Virus record (IMG/VR): IMGVR_UViG_3300023214_000502
Coordinates: 1-26,025 of that record
From: a virus
Taxonomy: Duplodnaviria > Caudoviricetes
Direction: 5' to 3' (one strand)
DNA length: 26,025 nt
In this document: one piece after another, positions 1 to 8,754 of the stretch
How the letters are laid out: every line of letters begins with the position of its first letter
Numbering within the stretch: the first letter of the stretch is position 1
The notes under the pieces: generated by a model
Told to the model about the DNA's origin: nothing
The model's database searches: none
Seen by the model: the letters and a program-made list of their open reading frames with translations, nothing else
Position numbers and translations under genes: made by a program

Positions 1-290
1 GCAAATGGCTTAGTGAGGTTTACAACCTAGATTACATTCTAGAAGAGTTCCCATGTTTTGGCGAGGGGCTGTTCTTAGACTTTTTTTTACCGCGTAGAAA
101 AATCGCAGTTGAAGTTCATGGGTCACAGCACTTCAAATACAACAAGTTTTTTCATGCCACGAGAGCGGATTTCATTAAGCAACAGAAGAATGATGTCCGC
201 AAGCAGAAGTGGTGTGAGTTAAATGACATTACACTTGTCGTAATTACACATGGAGAAGAAGAAGAAAAAGTGAAAAAGTGTCTTCCTTGA
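1..290 (+). CDS. 5'-truncated DUF559/Vsr-like PD-(D/E)XK endonuclease
   Basis: Not in the ORF track. Frame 3 reads KWLSEVYNLDYILEEFPCFGEGLFLDFFLPRRKIAVEVHGSQHFKYNKFFH...NDVRKQKWCELNDITLVVI to TGA 288-290. The DF..P..KIAVEVHGxQH and D..K..WC patterns are typical of the family. Confidence 0.7.
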   Translation, partial: KWLSEVYNLDYILEEFPCFGEGLFLDFFLPRRKIAVEVHGSQHFKYNKFFHATRADFIKQQKNDVRKQKWCELNDITLVVITHGEEEEKVKKCLP

Positions 291-315
291 CCAGGATTAT
301 GGGGTCGACTATAGT
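287..315 (+). promoter_or_regulatory. sigma70-type promoter
   Basis: TTGACC (287-292), 17-nt spacer, TATAGT (310-315), in a rare intergenic gap; GGAG RBS and ATG 331 follow. Confidence 0.6.
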
Positions 316-330
316 GTTTTCGGAGACACA

Positions 331-723
331 ATGGCGCACTCAGTAGACCTTAAAAAAGAAATAGAAGCATGGCGCAAGAAGATAGGGTTGGACTCGCTCC
401 AGCCCTTTAGCACTGGTGAGTTAGAGTGGGCGCTAAACGCATCTGGAGAACTCAGCGAACAGCCAATCGATAAGATTGGTGCCTGCATGATAATTCTATC
501 AAACCATCTATATACATTAGCTGAACAAATGGGCGTTACTTTTGCTAGAGTTCGCTATCTGGAATCTACACATTCAGATAGGGAGCAACTTACATTGGTT
601 CGTGCCCAACTAAATATAGTGAAACCAGTCCATGATGCTTTAAAAGAAAAGATAGCAGTAATTAAAAAGATTTATGACCACAAGTCTAGAGAGGCACAAA
701 ATGTCGCAAGCAATAGGCGCTGA
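331..723 (+). CDS. hypothetical helical protein upstream of the helicase
   Basis: 130-aa ORF with RBS, overlapping the dnaB start; amphipathic helical pattern, no recognised motif. Confidence 0.6.
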   Translation: MAHSVDLKKEIEAWRKKIGLDSLQPFSTGELEWALNASGELSEQPIDKIGACMIILSNHLYTLAEQMGVTFARVRYLESTHSDREQLTLVRAQLNIVKPVHDALKEKIAVIKKIYDHKSREAQNVASNRR

Positions 724-2146
724 ACGCGCAATTCTTTCAATTCTTATAAAAGAACCAACGTTGCTATTTGATGTTGATGATGTTTTAACTGAGCGCGATT
801 TTACCAATAGCGGCGCTCAAATTATTTATAGACTAATTAAGGATGTGTTAATAGAGGATAGAGATGCGCAAATTGACCAATATGTCCTAATAAGCAGGGC
901 TGAAGAGCGCGGCATCGATGATTTTTTAAACCTTACACACAATGGTGATTTAATTAATGCCATCCAGCATACCAAGGTAAATAGTGCCAACCTTGGCAAG
1001 TATGTCGCGGCTGTAAAAACCGCTACGGTAAAGCGTGAAACAATTGAAATACTCGATGTCCTCAAGGATGAGGTTGAGGAATATGATGGTGGCGCCATTG
1101 ATATCAAGAACCATGTTGAGGATTCTGTATTTAAAAGCTTCCAGCAAATAGATGATGGTGGTGATGACATTGAGTGTGTTGCAGATTCTTTTGAAGAAGT
1201 AATTAATGAGTATGCCGACAAGAATAGCCTTTTGGGTTTAGATGTATGTCTACCTAGGTGGCAAAGGGATGTTGGGGCTCTACGAAATGGAACCGTAACT
1301 GGTTTGTTTGCGCGAGCAAAAGTCGGTAAGAGTCAGTTTAGTGCGCATTGCGCTGTTGAGGTTGCGGTTAAGCAACGGCTACCCGTATTGTATTTAGACA
1401 CAGAGCTACAGTTGCGAATGCAACAAATGAGAACAGCCGGTATTCTTAGTGGTGTTTCATATAGTAGAATTGAAAGTGGAGCCTGGAAGTCTTCTCAAAA
1501 AGATATTGATGCTCTCACTGAAGCTTTTGGAGCGGTTAAAGATGCTCCTTTCTATTACAAGAATATTGCGGGTAAAAGTATTAAGTATGTTATTCCAATT
1601 ATTAGAAAGTTTTTTCATAAGTATGTTAGTGAGTCTAAAGGCGACAAGCCCAAATGTCTAATTATCTATGACTATCTAAAGCTTATGGACCCCGCTGATT
1701 TAAAACAGGCCGCAGAATGGCAATTGCTCGGTTTTGTTATGAGCGCAATTCACGACCTAGCAGCGCAACTTAACATACCAATCTTGTGTCTTGGACAGCT
1801 TAATCGAGAAGCCCTTAGGGTAGATTCTGAGGGAACTGTTAGTGGGTCAGATAGAATTACTCATAATCTAGACAGTCTAACAATCATGAGAGCAAAGAAG
1901 GAAGAAGAGTTGGATGCAGATGGTTCCAAACGGGGTAATTACATACTGAAGGGTATTCTTGCTCGCAGTGGCCCCGGACACGATTATAACGAACACGTAA
2001 ATTTAAAGTTTGATAAATCGTCCGGTCAGTTTATTGAAGATAAGCGCCATAGCGAAGTATTGGAGGCTATCCAGGGGAATCCCGAATTCAGAGACCGACT
2101 TGAAGATGAAGATATTGGGCCGCTAGGAGATATGCGGGAGGACTAA
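701..2146 (+). CDS. dnaB: DnaB-like replicative DNA helicase
   Basis: N-terminal AERAIL motif, Walker A FARAKVGKS, LYLDTE, Walker B IIYDYLKLM, LGQLNR, SDRI. ATG 701 follows GAGAGG; the ORF-track start at 674 is the alternative. Confidence 0.92.
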   Translation: MSQAIGAERAILSILIKEPTLLFDVDDVLTERDFTNSGAQIIYRLIKDVLIEDRDAQIDQYVLISRAEERGIDDFLNLTHNGDLINAIQHTKVNSANLGKYVAAVKTATVKRETIEILDVLKDEVEEYDGGAIDIKNHVEDSVFKSFQQIDDGGDDIECVADSFEEVINEYADKNSLLGLDVCLPRWQRDVGALRNGTVTGLFARAKVGKSQFSAHCAVEVAVKQRLPVLYLDTELQLRMQQMRTAGILSGVSYSRIESGAWKSSQKDIDALTEAFGAVKDAPFYYKNIAGKSIKYVIPIIRKFFHKYVSESKGDKPKCLIIYDYLKLMDPADLKQAAEWQLLGFVMSAIHDLAAQLNIPILCLGQLNREALRVDSEGTVSGSDRITHNLDSLTIMRAKKEEELDADGSKRGNYILKGILARSGPGHDYNEHVNLKFDKSSGQFIEDKRHSEVLEAIQGNPEFRDRLEDEDIGPLGDMRED

Positions 2147-2295
2147 TGATATTTGAATGTAGGGGATGTAGATACGAAATAGAATATCCAGACGACTATG
2201 TTCTCTTTCCGTCTTGTGGGTTTTGTGGTAAGTATTATAAAATTGTTACGTCTTGGCGCAAGTTTATTAAGAAATTGATTAATTATATTTCATGA
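2146..2295 (+). CDS. 49-aa zinc-ribbon protein
   Basis: Not in the track. MIFECRGCRYEIEYPDDYVLFPSCGFCGKYYKIVTSWRKFIKKLINYIS; two CxxC; TAATG overlap with the dnaB stop and ATGA overlap with the dnaG start. Confidence 0.7.
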   Translation: MIFECRGCRYEIEYPDDYVLFPSCGFCGKYYKIVTSWRKFIKKLINYIS

Positions 2296-3308
2296 AACGC
2301 GAACAACTTGACACGATAAAAGAACTTGCGGCACTGAGGGTAGAGGAAATTCTCGATACACTTGGCATAAATTACTCACCAAGGTATAATTATTATGTCG
2401 CAGCTTGCCCCGTTCATGGTGGGTCTAGAAGAGATGCTTGGAGTTGGCATATCGATAAGCAGATGTGGAGATGTTTTTCACATCAGTGCGAAAAGGATTA
2501 TGGACAGGATATCATAGGGTTAATCATGGGGGTTAGAGAGTGTTCGTTTATGGATGCTCTTGATTTTACAAAGGGTTTCGTTGACTCGAATATCTCAAAA
2601 GAAGAGATTAAGAAACTACTGGACCAAAAGAAAAACCGTGAGTTCATTGAAGCTTCTAGAGAAGAAAAATCCGACAAAATATACGACCCAAGTTGCTTAG
2701 AACGTCTTTCGTATCATGGATACCTTGAGGGGCGCGGCTTTCCTCGTTGGTTGGTTGAGCAATACCAAATTGGAGCCTGCTTAGAGCCACACAAGTATAT
2801 GTCTGGTCGCGTTGTAGTTCCAGTATGTGATATTAATGGTGGCATTGTCGGATTTACTGGTCGCACCTTAGATGAGGACTGGGAAGCTAAATCCATCCCT
2901 AAGTGGAGGCATTCAAAAGGCTCATGGGCGTCAAGAAACCTATTTAATATAAATAATGCTGCTCCTCATATCCAAAACACTGGCGTTGTTATCGTAGTTG
3001 AGGGTCCATTTGACGTACTGAGGCTTGAAGAAGCTGGAATTAGAAATGCCGTGTCTATTTTAGGCAAGACTCTTCACTCAGGCCAAATGACACTACTTTA
3101 TAAAGCTGGCGCCTTTGCGATTTTAGATGCACTCGACAATGATGCGGCGGGACAAATAGGTTCACAGAATCTCAAGAAAAAGGCGTCTTGTATGTTTGAT
3201 GTGAAGAAACTTAAATTGCCAGATTCCTATAAGGACTTTGGAGATATGACAGTAAACGTAATTAACGACTATTTCGCTACATTAGAGGTTGCGATTGGGA
3301 TAAGATAA
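2292..3308 (+). CDS. dnaG: DnaG-like DNA primase
   Basis: CHC2 zinc finger (CPVH...CFSHQC), GRVVVPV..IVGFTGR, TOPRIM motifs VVEGPFD and DNDAAG. Confidence 0.92.
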   Translation: MKREQLDTIKELAALRVEEILDTLGINYSPRYNYYVAACPVHGGSRRDAWSWHIDKQMWRCFSHQCEKDYGQDIIGLIMGVRECSFMDALDFTKGFVDSNISKEEIKKLLDQKKNREFIEASREEKSDKIYDPSCLERLSYHGYLEGRGFPRWLVEQYQIGACLEPHKYMSGRVVVPVCDINGGIVGFTGRTLDEDWEAKSIPKWRHSKGSWASRNLFNINNAAPHIQNTGVVIVVEGPFDVLRLEEAGIRNAVSILGKTLHSGQMTLLYKAGAFAILDALDNDAAGQIGSQNLKKKASCMFDVKKLKLPDSYKDFGDMTVNVINDYFATLEVAIGIR

Positions 3309-3889
3309 TGAAGACAAAAACAACTTACGGAATTGACCTTGACGGGATTTGCTTCAATTTTCTTAAGGGGTTCTCGCAATGGTTAGAAGATAAAATTGGA
3401 ATTCAGTGCCCAAAAGACGAAGAGATTACCTCATACTACTGGTATGAAACCATAGATGGGCTTTCTAGTGACGTTTTTTGGGAAGAGTTCGATAAATTTG
3501 GTAAAGCTGGCGGGTATCGCAATTTGGAGCTATTACCTCACGCTCTAGATGGGTTGAATAGAATTTATGCTGCCGGTCACGATATTTTGTATGTTACAAA
3601 TAGGCCAGAGTATGCTCTAGATGATACTAAGGCTGCTTTGCTTCAACATGAGTTCCCGTATCATGCTAATATTCATTTTGCTCATGGCGCAAAAGCGCCG
3701 CTAATTCGTGAGTATGGAGTTGATGTTTTTATTGATGATTCTCCACGAACAATAGCAGAGATTTGCGCAAACACAGATGCTCGTATTTATTGCATGGATT
3801 ATCCAATGAATAGAGGTATTCATGAAGTGCACAACTATACTAGGGTGAAGTCATGGGGGGAGTTTCTTGAACTTGAAGGAATCGCTTAA
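3308..3889 (+). CDS. HAD-family 5'(3')-deoxyribonucleotidase (NT5C-like)
   Basis: Motif I GIDLDG, motif II YVTNR, motif III K, motif IV FIDDSP. Confidence 0.85.
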   Translation: MKTKTTYGIDLDGICFNFLKGFSQWLEDKIGIQCPKDEEITSYYWYETIDGLSSDVFWEEFDKFGKAGGYRNLELLPHALDGLNRIYAAGHDILYVTNRPEYALDDTKAALLQHEFPYHANIHFAHGAKAPLIREYGVDVFIDDSPRTIAEICANTDARIYCMDYPMNRGIHEVHNYTRVKSWGEFLELEGIA

Positions 3890-4622
3890 GTGTAACTGCC
3901 CTGAAGGTCCAGACATTCAAAATGGTAAGGGGTGTCCTTCTTGTGTGACATGTAAAAAGTGCAAGACATTTATGGGTTGCTTAAATGCTATGGCTCAGGC
4001 CAAAACCGCCTCAAAGGTGACTCATAACGGATTCATTTACTATAGAAACCGATGGAAGTGCCCAGTTTGTTTCCAATTCAATCAACACAAGGTGGGGTGC
4101 AAGATGGAAGAAGGTTTTCATACTTCGCAATTTCTTAATCAAAGCGACAATATCGCAGATGAAGAGAGTAGGGTTGTGCCTGAAAAAAAATCTTCAGAGA
4201 AAGATACGAACCCCAAGGATGCAGTAGGGGTGCGCAAGGCGCCGATATCTACCGTTTCTGGTCCAGTTATACTTGAGCTAGGATTGGCTATGCTTGAAGG
4301 CGCTCGTAAGTATGGACGACATAATTATCGAGAATCTGGAGTTCGGTCGTCTGTATATTACGATGCTACATTTCGCCATTTAGTAAAGTGGTGGGAGTTT
4401 GAAGATTTAGACCCAGATAGCGGTCTTAGTCATATAACCAAAGCGATAGCATCACTTGTTGTACTTAGGGATGCTATGATAAATGATAATTGGGTGGATG
4501 ATAGGCCACCACCGGGAGCTTCTAAAGAATTCTTTAAAAATTTAGATAAATTAGCCTCAGATGTAATAGATAAGTTTCCAGAAGCAAAAGACCCATTTAC
4601 TAGAAATCAAAATGGTCGATAA
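3867..4622 (+). CDS. dATP/dGTP diphosphohydrolase domain protein (DUF5664-like) with Cys-rich N-terminal extension
   Basis: TNPKDAVGVRKAP...AMLEGARKYGRHNYR..GVRSSVYYDATFRHL..WWE.ED.DPDSGLSH signature. Start uncertain (TTG 3867/3873 or ATG 4104). Confidence 0.8.
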   Translation: MNLKESLKCNCPEGPDIQNGKGCPSCVTCKKCKTFMGCLNAMAQAKTASKVTHNGFIYYRNRWKCPVCFQFNQHKVGCKMEEGFHTSQFLNQSDNIADEESRVVPEKKSSEKDTNPKDAVGVRKAPISTVSGPVILELGLAMLEGARKYGRHNYRESGVRSSVYYDATFRHLVKWWEFEDLDPDSGLSHITKAIASLVVLRDAMINDNWVDDRPPPGASKEFFKNLDKLASDVIDKFPEAKDPFTRNQNGR

Positions 4623-5130
4623 AAGTCTTTACCATAAACGAAAAAGGAATATGGTTTGTTTTAGATGTGGGTCGGGCGACTTGGTTACAAGAACACTATG
4701 TATAAAACATAGTAGATTTAAAAATAAAGAGTGTAGAGAAAGATACAAAAAACGCTTCGAAGATGGAAGGTGTCTTTATTGCGGTGGAGATAATGATACG
4801 CAATCTATGACGTGTAGTATGTGTTTTTTTAAAAAAATTTCTATTAGATATCTTGGAAATACACAACATTGGGATGAATTTAAAATAAAACTTGAAGAAC
4901 AAAATTATACATGCTCGCTTTCTGGCGAAAAACTAATTATTGGTAAAAATATTGCTGTTGACCATATCGTTCCATTATGCAAGGGTGGTGAAAACGAATT
5001 GGACAATTTACAATTTACGACGAAAAGAGCAAACTTTATGAAGTATGATATGAGTATTGTGCAACTTAAAAAAATGTGCAAGAAAATATTGAACCACCTT
5101 AATAAAAAGGAGTTGTTCACTTGCAAATGA
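4612..5130 (+). CDS. free-standing HNH endonuclease, probable homing endonuclease
   Basis: VDHIVPLCKGGENELDNLQ..TKRANFMK HNH motif, N-terminal CxxC repeats, visibly AT-richer than its neighbours. Confidence 0.85.
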   Translation: MVDKSLYHKRKRNMVCFRCGSGDLVTRTLCIKHSRFKNKECRERYKKRFEDGRCLYCGGDNDTQSMTCSMCFFKKISIRYLGNTQHWDEFKIKLEEQNYTCSLSGEKLIIGKNIAVDHIVPLCKGGENELDNLQFTTKRANFMKYDMSIVQLKKMCKKILNHLNKKELFTCK

Positions 5131-5522
5131 ACCTAAAGATTAATTACCGCCCATATAATAGTGGCGGTAAGGGTGGCCAGCATTCGAATAAGACACTAAA
5201 CGCAATAGAAGCTACGGTAAAACTACCAGATGGTCGCTTAATTAAGGCAAATTCGTTGTGCTTTAAATCTCAATATCAAAACAAAAAGGCCGCTGAAAAA
5301 GTACTCCTCTCTAGAGTTAGGGAAGCACTTAAGCCAATTCATGAGCGCCCAGACACATCAGAACAGGTGCGCACTTACAATAAATGTCGCAACGAGGTAA
5401 TCGACCATGCGTCTGGCGAGCGCCGCAGGTATAAAGATGTAATGGAAGGTAAAGATGCGTTTGGTGACCTTGTTAATGCGCGAGTAGAAGCTAAAAACAT
5501 GGAGAAGTTAGATGAAGCGTAG
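5121..5522 (+). CDS. miniature class I release-factor-like peptidyl-tRNA hydrolase (GGQ)
   Basis: SGGKGGQHSNKT, SQYQNKKAA and QVRTYN...VIDH match RF1/RF2 domain 3 and the following segment; AAGGAG RBS before TTG 5121 (ATG 5127 is the alternative). Confidence 0.85.
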   Translation: MQMNLKINYRPYNSGGKGGQHSNKTLNAIEATVKLPDGRLIKANSLCFKSQYQNKKAAEKVLLSRVREALKPIHERPDTSEQVRTYNKCRNEVIDHASGERRRYKDVMEGKDAFGDLVNARVEAKNMEKLDEA

Positions 5523-5946
5523 TGTAACAATAACAGTATACAATGAAGATGGTCAGATTTTAGCTGTTACAAATCGCCGATGGGGTGGCTTTACACTTCC
5601 TGGTGGTAAAGTTGACCCAGGCGAAGACGTTGAGCAAGCTGCCTTTAGGGAATTAGAAGAAGAGACTGGCCTCGTTCCTCGCGCTATGAAATATCTTGGA
5701 TGTAGCATATTTGACAATCCGTGCGCGAGTGGTCCGCCCTACTTGGTGAGTCATTTTGAAGCTATTATTGAGAACCCTCAACCGATACAACTTGAGGATA
5801 AGACTAGGCCGTTTTGGACATCTAGAGAAAAACTTCTTTTGGATGTTGAGAGTATTTTTCAGAGACACTACATGGACATTTTAGAGCTTGGCGTGTTGCG
5901 CGAGACATTAGCGGCTAAAATTGAAAGGACACTTAGAAATGCCTAA
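5512..5946 (+). CDS. NUDIX hydrolase
   Basis: Complete Nudix box GGKVDPGEDVEQAAFRELEEETG. Confidence 0.9.
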   Translation: MKRSVTITVYNEDGQILAVTNRRWGGFTLPGGKVDPGEDVEQAAFRELEEETGLVPRAMKYLGCSIFDNPCASGPPYLVSHFEAIIENPQPIQLEDKTRPFWTSREKLLLDVESIFQRHYMDILELGVLRETLAAKIERTLRNA

Positions 5947-6226
5947 AGTTGTTCACTGCAAAAAAGCTGAACCGGAAACATTTGTGTATGTTGGACGCCC
6001 AACAAAGTATGGGAATCCTTTTTCACATAAAAGTGGAACACTTGCAAAACATATCGTAGGAAGTGTAGAAGAAGCTGTTAACGAGTATGAAAAGTGGATA
6101 ATGGAGCCTGCTCAAGACTGGATTAGACAAGATGCTAAAAATGAGCTTAAGGGTTGGAACTTAGGTTGTTGGGGTTGTAAACCGCGATGTCATGCAGATG
6201 TGCTACTGAGGGTCGCAAATGAATAA
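5939..6226 (+). CDS. DUF4326-family protein
   Basis: VVHCK...VYVGRPTKYGNPF...ELKGWNLGCWGCKPRCHADVL; ATG 5939 preferred over TTG 5921. Confidence 0.8.
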   Translation: MPKVVHCKKAEPETFVYVGRPTKYGNPFSHKSGTLAKHIVGSVEEAVNEYEKWIMEPAQDWIRQDAKNELKGWNLGCWGCKPRCHADVLLRVANE

Positions 6227-6255
6227 ATTTCCTCAATATATGTTTGCTATAGAAA

Positions 6256-6396
6256 ATGCCTTATCAAATGCAAATTCCACGTGGACCTTCTGGTAGAGTT
6301 AAACGTGGGTTTAACAAAACTTTATGTCAAAAATATAATGTTGCATCTAGCACAATGAGTGCAATTTTAAATAGAAAATCATGGGGTGATTTATGA
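6256..6396 (+). pseudogene. probable homing-endonuclease remnant (C-terminal HTH only)
   Basis: 46 aa ending LCQKYNVASSTMSAILNRKSWGDL, resembling the terminal HTH of HNH/GIY-YIG endonucleases; ATGA overlap with thyX. Confidence 0.5.
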
Positions 6397-7328
6397 GAGA
6401 GAAATCAGAATTTCTAGATGATATTTTAGGTAAGGAATTCAAAGTTTTGAATGATGGTTTTGTTCGTGTCGTTGATTACATGGGAACTGATACTTCTATC
6501 GTAAATGCGGCTAGAATTTCATATGGGAAAGGCACGAAGAGGGTTTCAGAGGACGAAGGACTCATTCGCTATTTAATGAGACATAGACACACAACCCCTA
6601 CAGAAATGTGTGAGATTAAGCTACACATTCGAATACCTATGGATGCGTGGCGCCAAATGGTGCGGCACAGAATGGCATCAATAAATGAATACTCTACTCG
6701 TTATAGTGAAGCTATAGATAGTAGTCAGACAACTGAGCCAAGTGAATGGCGATGTCAAACCCTTGGCAATAAACAAGGGTCGGATGGACGCCTAGATAGC
6801 GAAAGGGGCGTCGGACTTAGTCAGGCAGAGCGTGACTTACAGGCTATGGCGCGATTTACATATAACCAGCGGCTCGAAAACGGAGTGGCGCGGGAGCAGG
6901 CACGCAAAGACCTCCCTCTATCCACATATACCGAGGCTTATTGGAAAATAGACCTACACAATCTTTTGCATTTTCTTGCACTTCGCATGGACTCGCACGC
7001 CCAGAAAGAAATCCGCGATTATGCCACAGTTATTGGCGAGGAAATTGTTGCTCGCTGGGTTCCGCTTACCTGGGCGGCGTTCAACGACTATCATCCTCTA
7101 CGAGGAGGACTGACGCTTTCGGCCAGAGATATGGCTGTAGTTCAGGCTCTCGGTAAGAAAACTTCAAATATCGATGACGATTCGTGGCACGCAAATCATG
7201 TTGCCAAGAGTTTCGGCTGGCTTGAGCGGTCAAAGAAAACTGGTAAATTGAAGAGAAACCGCGAGAGGTCTGAATGCGAGGAAAAGCTTCGCTCCCTCGG
7301 CTTGGAAATTCCATGGCAAACTTTATAA
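6393..7328 (+). CDS. thyX: flavin-dependent thymidylate synthase
   Basis: IVNAARISY, RHRHTTPTE, ThyX motif RHRMASINEYSTRY, AREQARKDLP, LRMDSHAQKEIR. Confidence 0.96.
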   Translation: MREKSEFLDDILGKEFKVLNDGFVRVVDYMGTDTSIVNAARISYGKGTKRVSEDEGLIRYLMRHRHTTPTEMCEIKLHIRIPMDAWRQMVRHRMASINEYSTRYSEAIDSSQTTEPSEWRCQTLGNKQGSDGRLDSERGVGLSQAERDLQAMARFTYNQRLENGVAREQARKDLPLSTYTEAYWKIDLHNLLHFLALRMDSHAQKEIRDYATVIGEEIVARWVPLTWAAFNDYHPLRGGLTLSARDMAVVQALGKKTSNIDDDSWHANHVAKSFGWLERSKKTGKLKRNRERSECEEKLRSLGLEIPWQTL

Positions 7329-7397
7329 ATAAGCACAAATGGGAGAGAGTGGATTTAAGTATAATTACAAAAGAAGATGAAACCCTAAGGGGTAGCT

Positions 7398-8525
7398 ATG
7401 TTATGTACGCACGCAACTGCTTCACGCATTAAAACATATAAAGATTGCGCCTTTAAGTATTTTTTGGAGTATCATCTTCAGTTACCTTCTATGCGAGAGG
7501 GTAATATTTATAGCGAAAAGGGTTCTGCCGTTCACCTCGCCTTGGAAAAGTATGCAAATGCAGTCTTGGGAAAAGACGAAAATGCAGAGCTGGATTACAA
7601 AAAAACACTTATAGAGTGCTATGTAGAAAGTGAACTATGGAAGCTCGATGACCGTAAGCCAGAAAAAGGCGGCGACCCATATCCGCAGCAGAAAAATTGC
7701 GAACAGTGTCCGTGGTATTCCAAAGATTCTGTTTGTCTTGTGGCAAAGAAAAAGGCCGCTCTAGTAGACGGTTGTCCGCGTGGAAATTTTGATAGCGATG
7801 TAGAACTAATCGAAAAAACACTAAATAGGACAGACTATAAGCCACTAGAGACGACCGAAGGTGAAGATGGCAATTTAAAGTTTGTTAAAAAAATTCTCGG
7901 AGTTGAGCAAGACTTTGACTTGGAGTTAAATGGAGTTCGGGTAAGAGGATTCATGGACCTTGTTATTGAGGTCGATGAAAATACCGTTGAGGTAATAGAC
8001 TATAAAACTGGTCGCTCAATGAGTTACAATAAGGCGCGCCTAGACCCACAGGTACGAATTTATGGTGCCGCTGCTCGCTTTCTATTTCCCAAGTATAAAT
8101 ATGTAATGGTTACCCTCTATTATCTTAAGTCTAACCCAGTTACTGTTTGTTTGTCTCCAGAAGATGACGAACTTACACTACAAAGCTTGCGCAACAACTA
8201 CGATGTAATCTCTGGCGATAGAAATCCGCGACAGCAAAAGATATGGTTGTGCAACTATTGTATTGGATATGATACTTGCAAGGATGTTCGCAAGAAGTTT
8301 AAAAAGAAGGGTCAATTTTGCCTTCCTATTTTGTATTGCGATTATACAAATCCATATCACGATTGTTGGGGCAATCTTTATCCAATAGAAAATCAGCGTG
8401 TTGGGCTAGAGAATATCGATAAGATTAAGTATGCTTGTAAGGGCCATACAGACTTTGGAAGAGATTACGTGGGTCCAAAGGAGTATCGTGAGGAACAACC
8501 TAATGATAGCAGTAAAACTGCTTGA
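7398..8525 (+). CDS. PD-(D/E)XK exonuclease, Cas4/RecB-like
   Basis: ASRIKTYKDC, GSAVHLALE, RGFMDLV...IDYKTG, QVRIY, and C-terminal CNYCIGYDTC cluster. Confidence 0.85.
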   Translation: MLCTHATASRIKTYKDCAFKYFLEYHLQLPSMREGNIYSEKGSAVHLALEKYANAVLGKDENAELDYKKTLIECYVESELWKLDDRKPEKGGDPYPQQKNCEQCPWYSKDSVCLVAKKKAALVDGCPRGNFDSDVELIEKTLNRTDYKPLETTEGEDGNLKFVKKILGVEQDFDLELNGVRVRGFMDLVIEVDENTVEVIDYKTGRSMSYNKARLDPQVRIYGAAARFLFPKYKYVMVTLYYLKSNPVTVCLSPEDDELTLQSLRNNYDVISGDRNPRQQKIWLCNYCIGYDTCKDVRKKFKKKGQFCLPILYCDYTNPYHDCWGNLYPIENQRVGLENIDKIKYACKGHTDFGRDYVGPKEYREEQPNDSSKTA

Positions 8526-8754
8526 TGGAACTACGGTTTACGGAAGAGATTTTACAGTTGGCCATCATGCTATTTTTTTAGAGCAGCTTCGATATTCCGG
8601 TAAGGATGAATGTCCAATTTATGTAGACGAAGCAATGACAATTTCGCTAGATGCGGTTGATGTTTATTTTATAATTCACGAAGGTCAAAAGGAAGAAGAT
8701 TTGTATGTCGAAGAAGTATCAGAAGATACCAATGACCCACCTACACCTGCATAG
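8503..8754 (+). CDS. small hypothetical beta-rich acidic protein
   Basis: ATG 8503 after GAGGA gives 83 aa (MIAVKLLDGTTVYG...) and bridges the nuclease and dnaE by overlaps. Confidence 0.55.
   Translation: MIAVKLLDGTTVYGRDFTVGHHAIFLEQLRYSGKDECPIYVDEAMTISLDAVDVYFIIHEGQKEEDLYVEEVSEDTNDPPTPA

Noticed and set aside
3867-4622. 2-aminoadenine (Z) genome
   Set aside because: No purZ in the window; the diphosphohydrolase alone is not diagnostic.
7324-7365. T4-type late promoter TATAAATA (7324; also 8094 and 13000) and a lone TATAAT at 7360
   Set aside because: Two copies lie inside coding sequence of AT-rich DNA, and the 7360 hexamer has no recognisable -35; insufficient support.
7398-8525. CRISPR-Cas locus
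   Set aside because: No repeat-spacer array or other cas genes seen.
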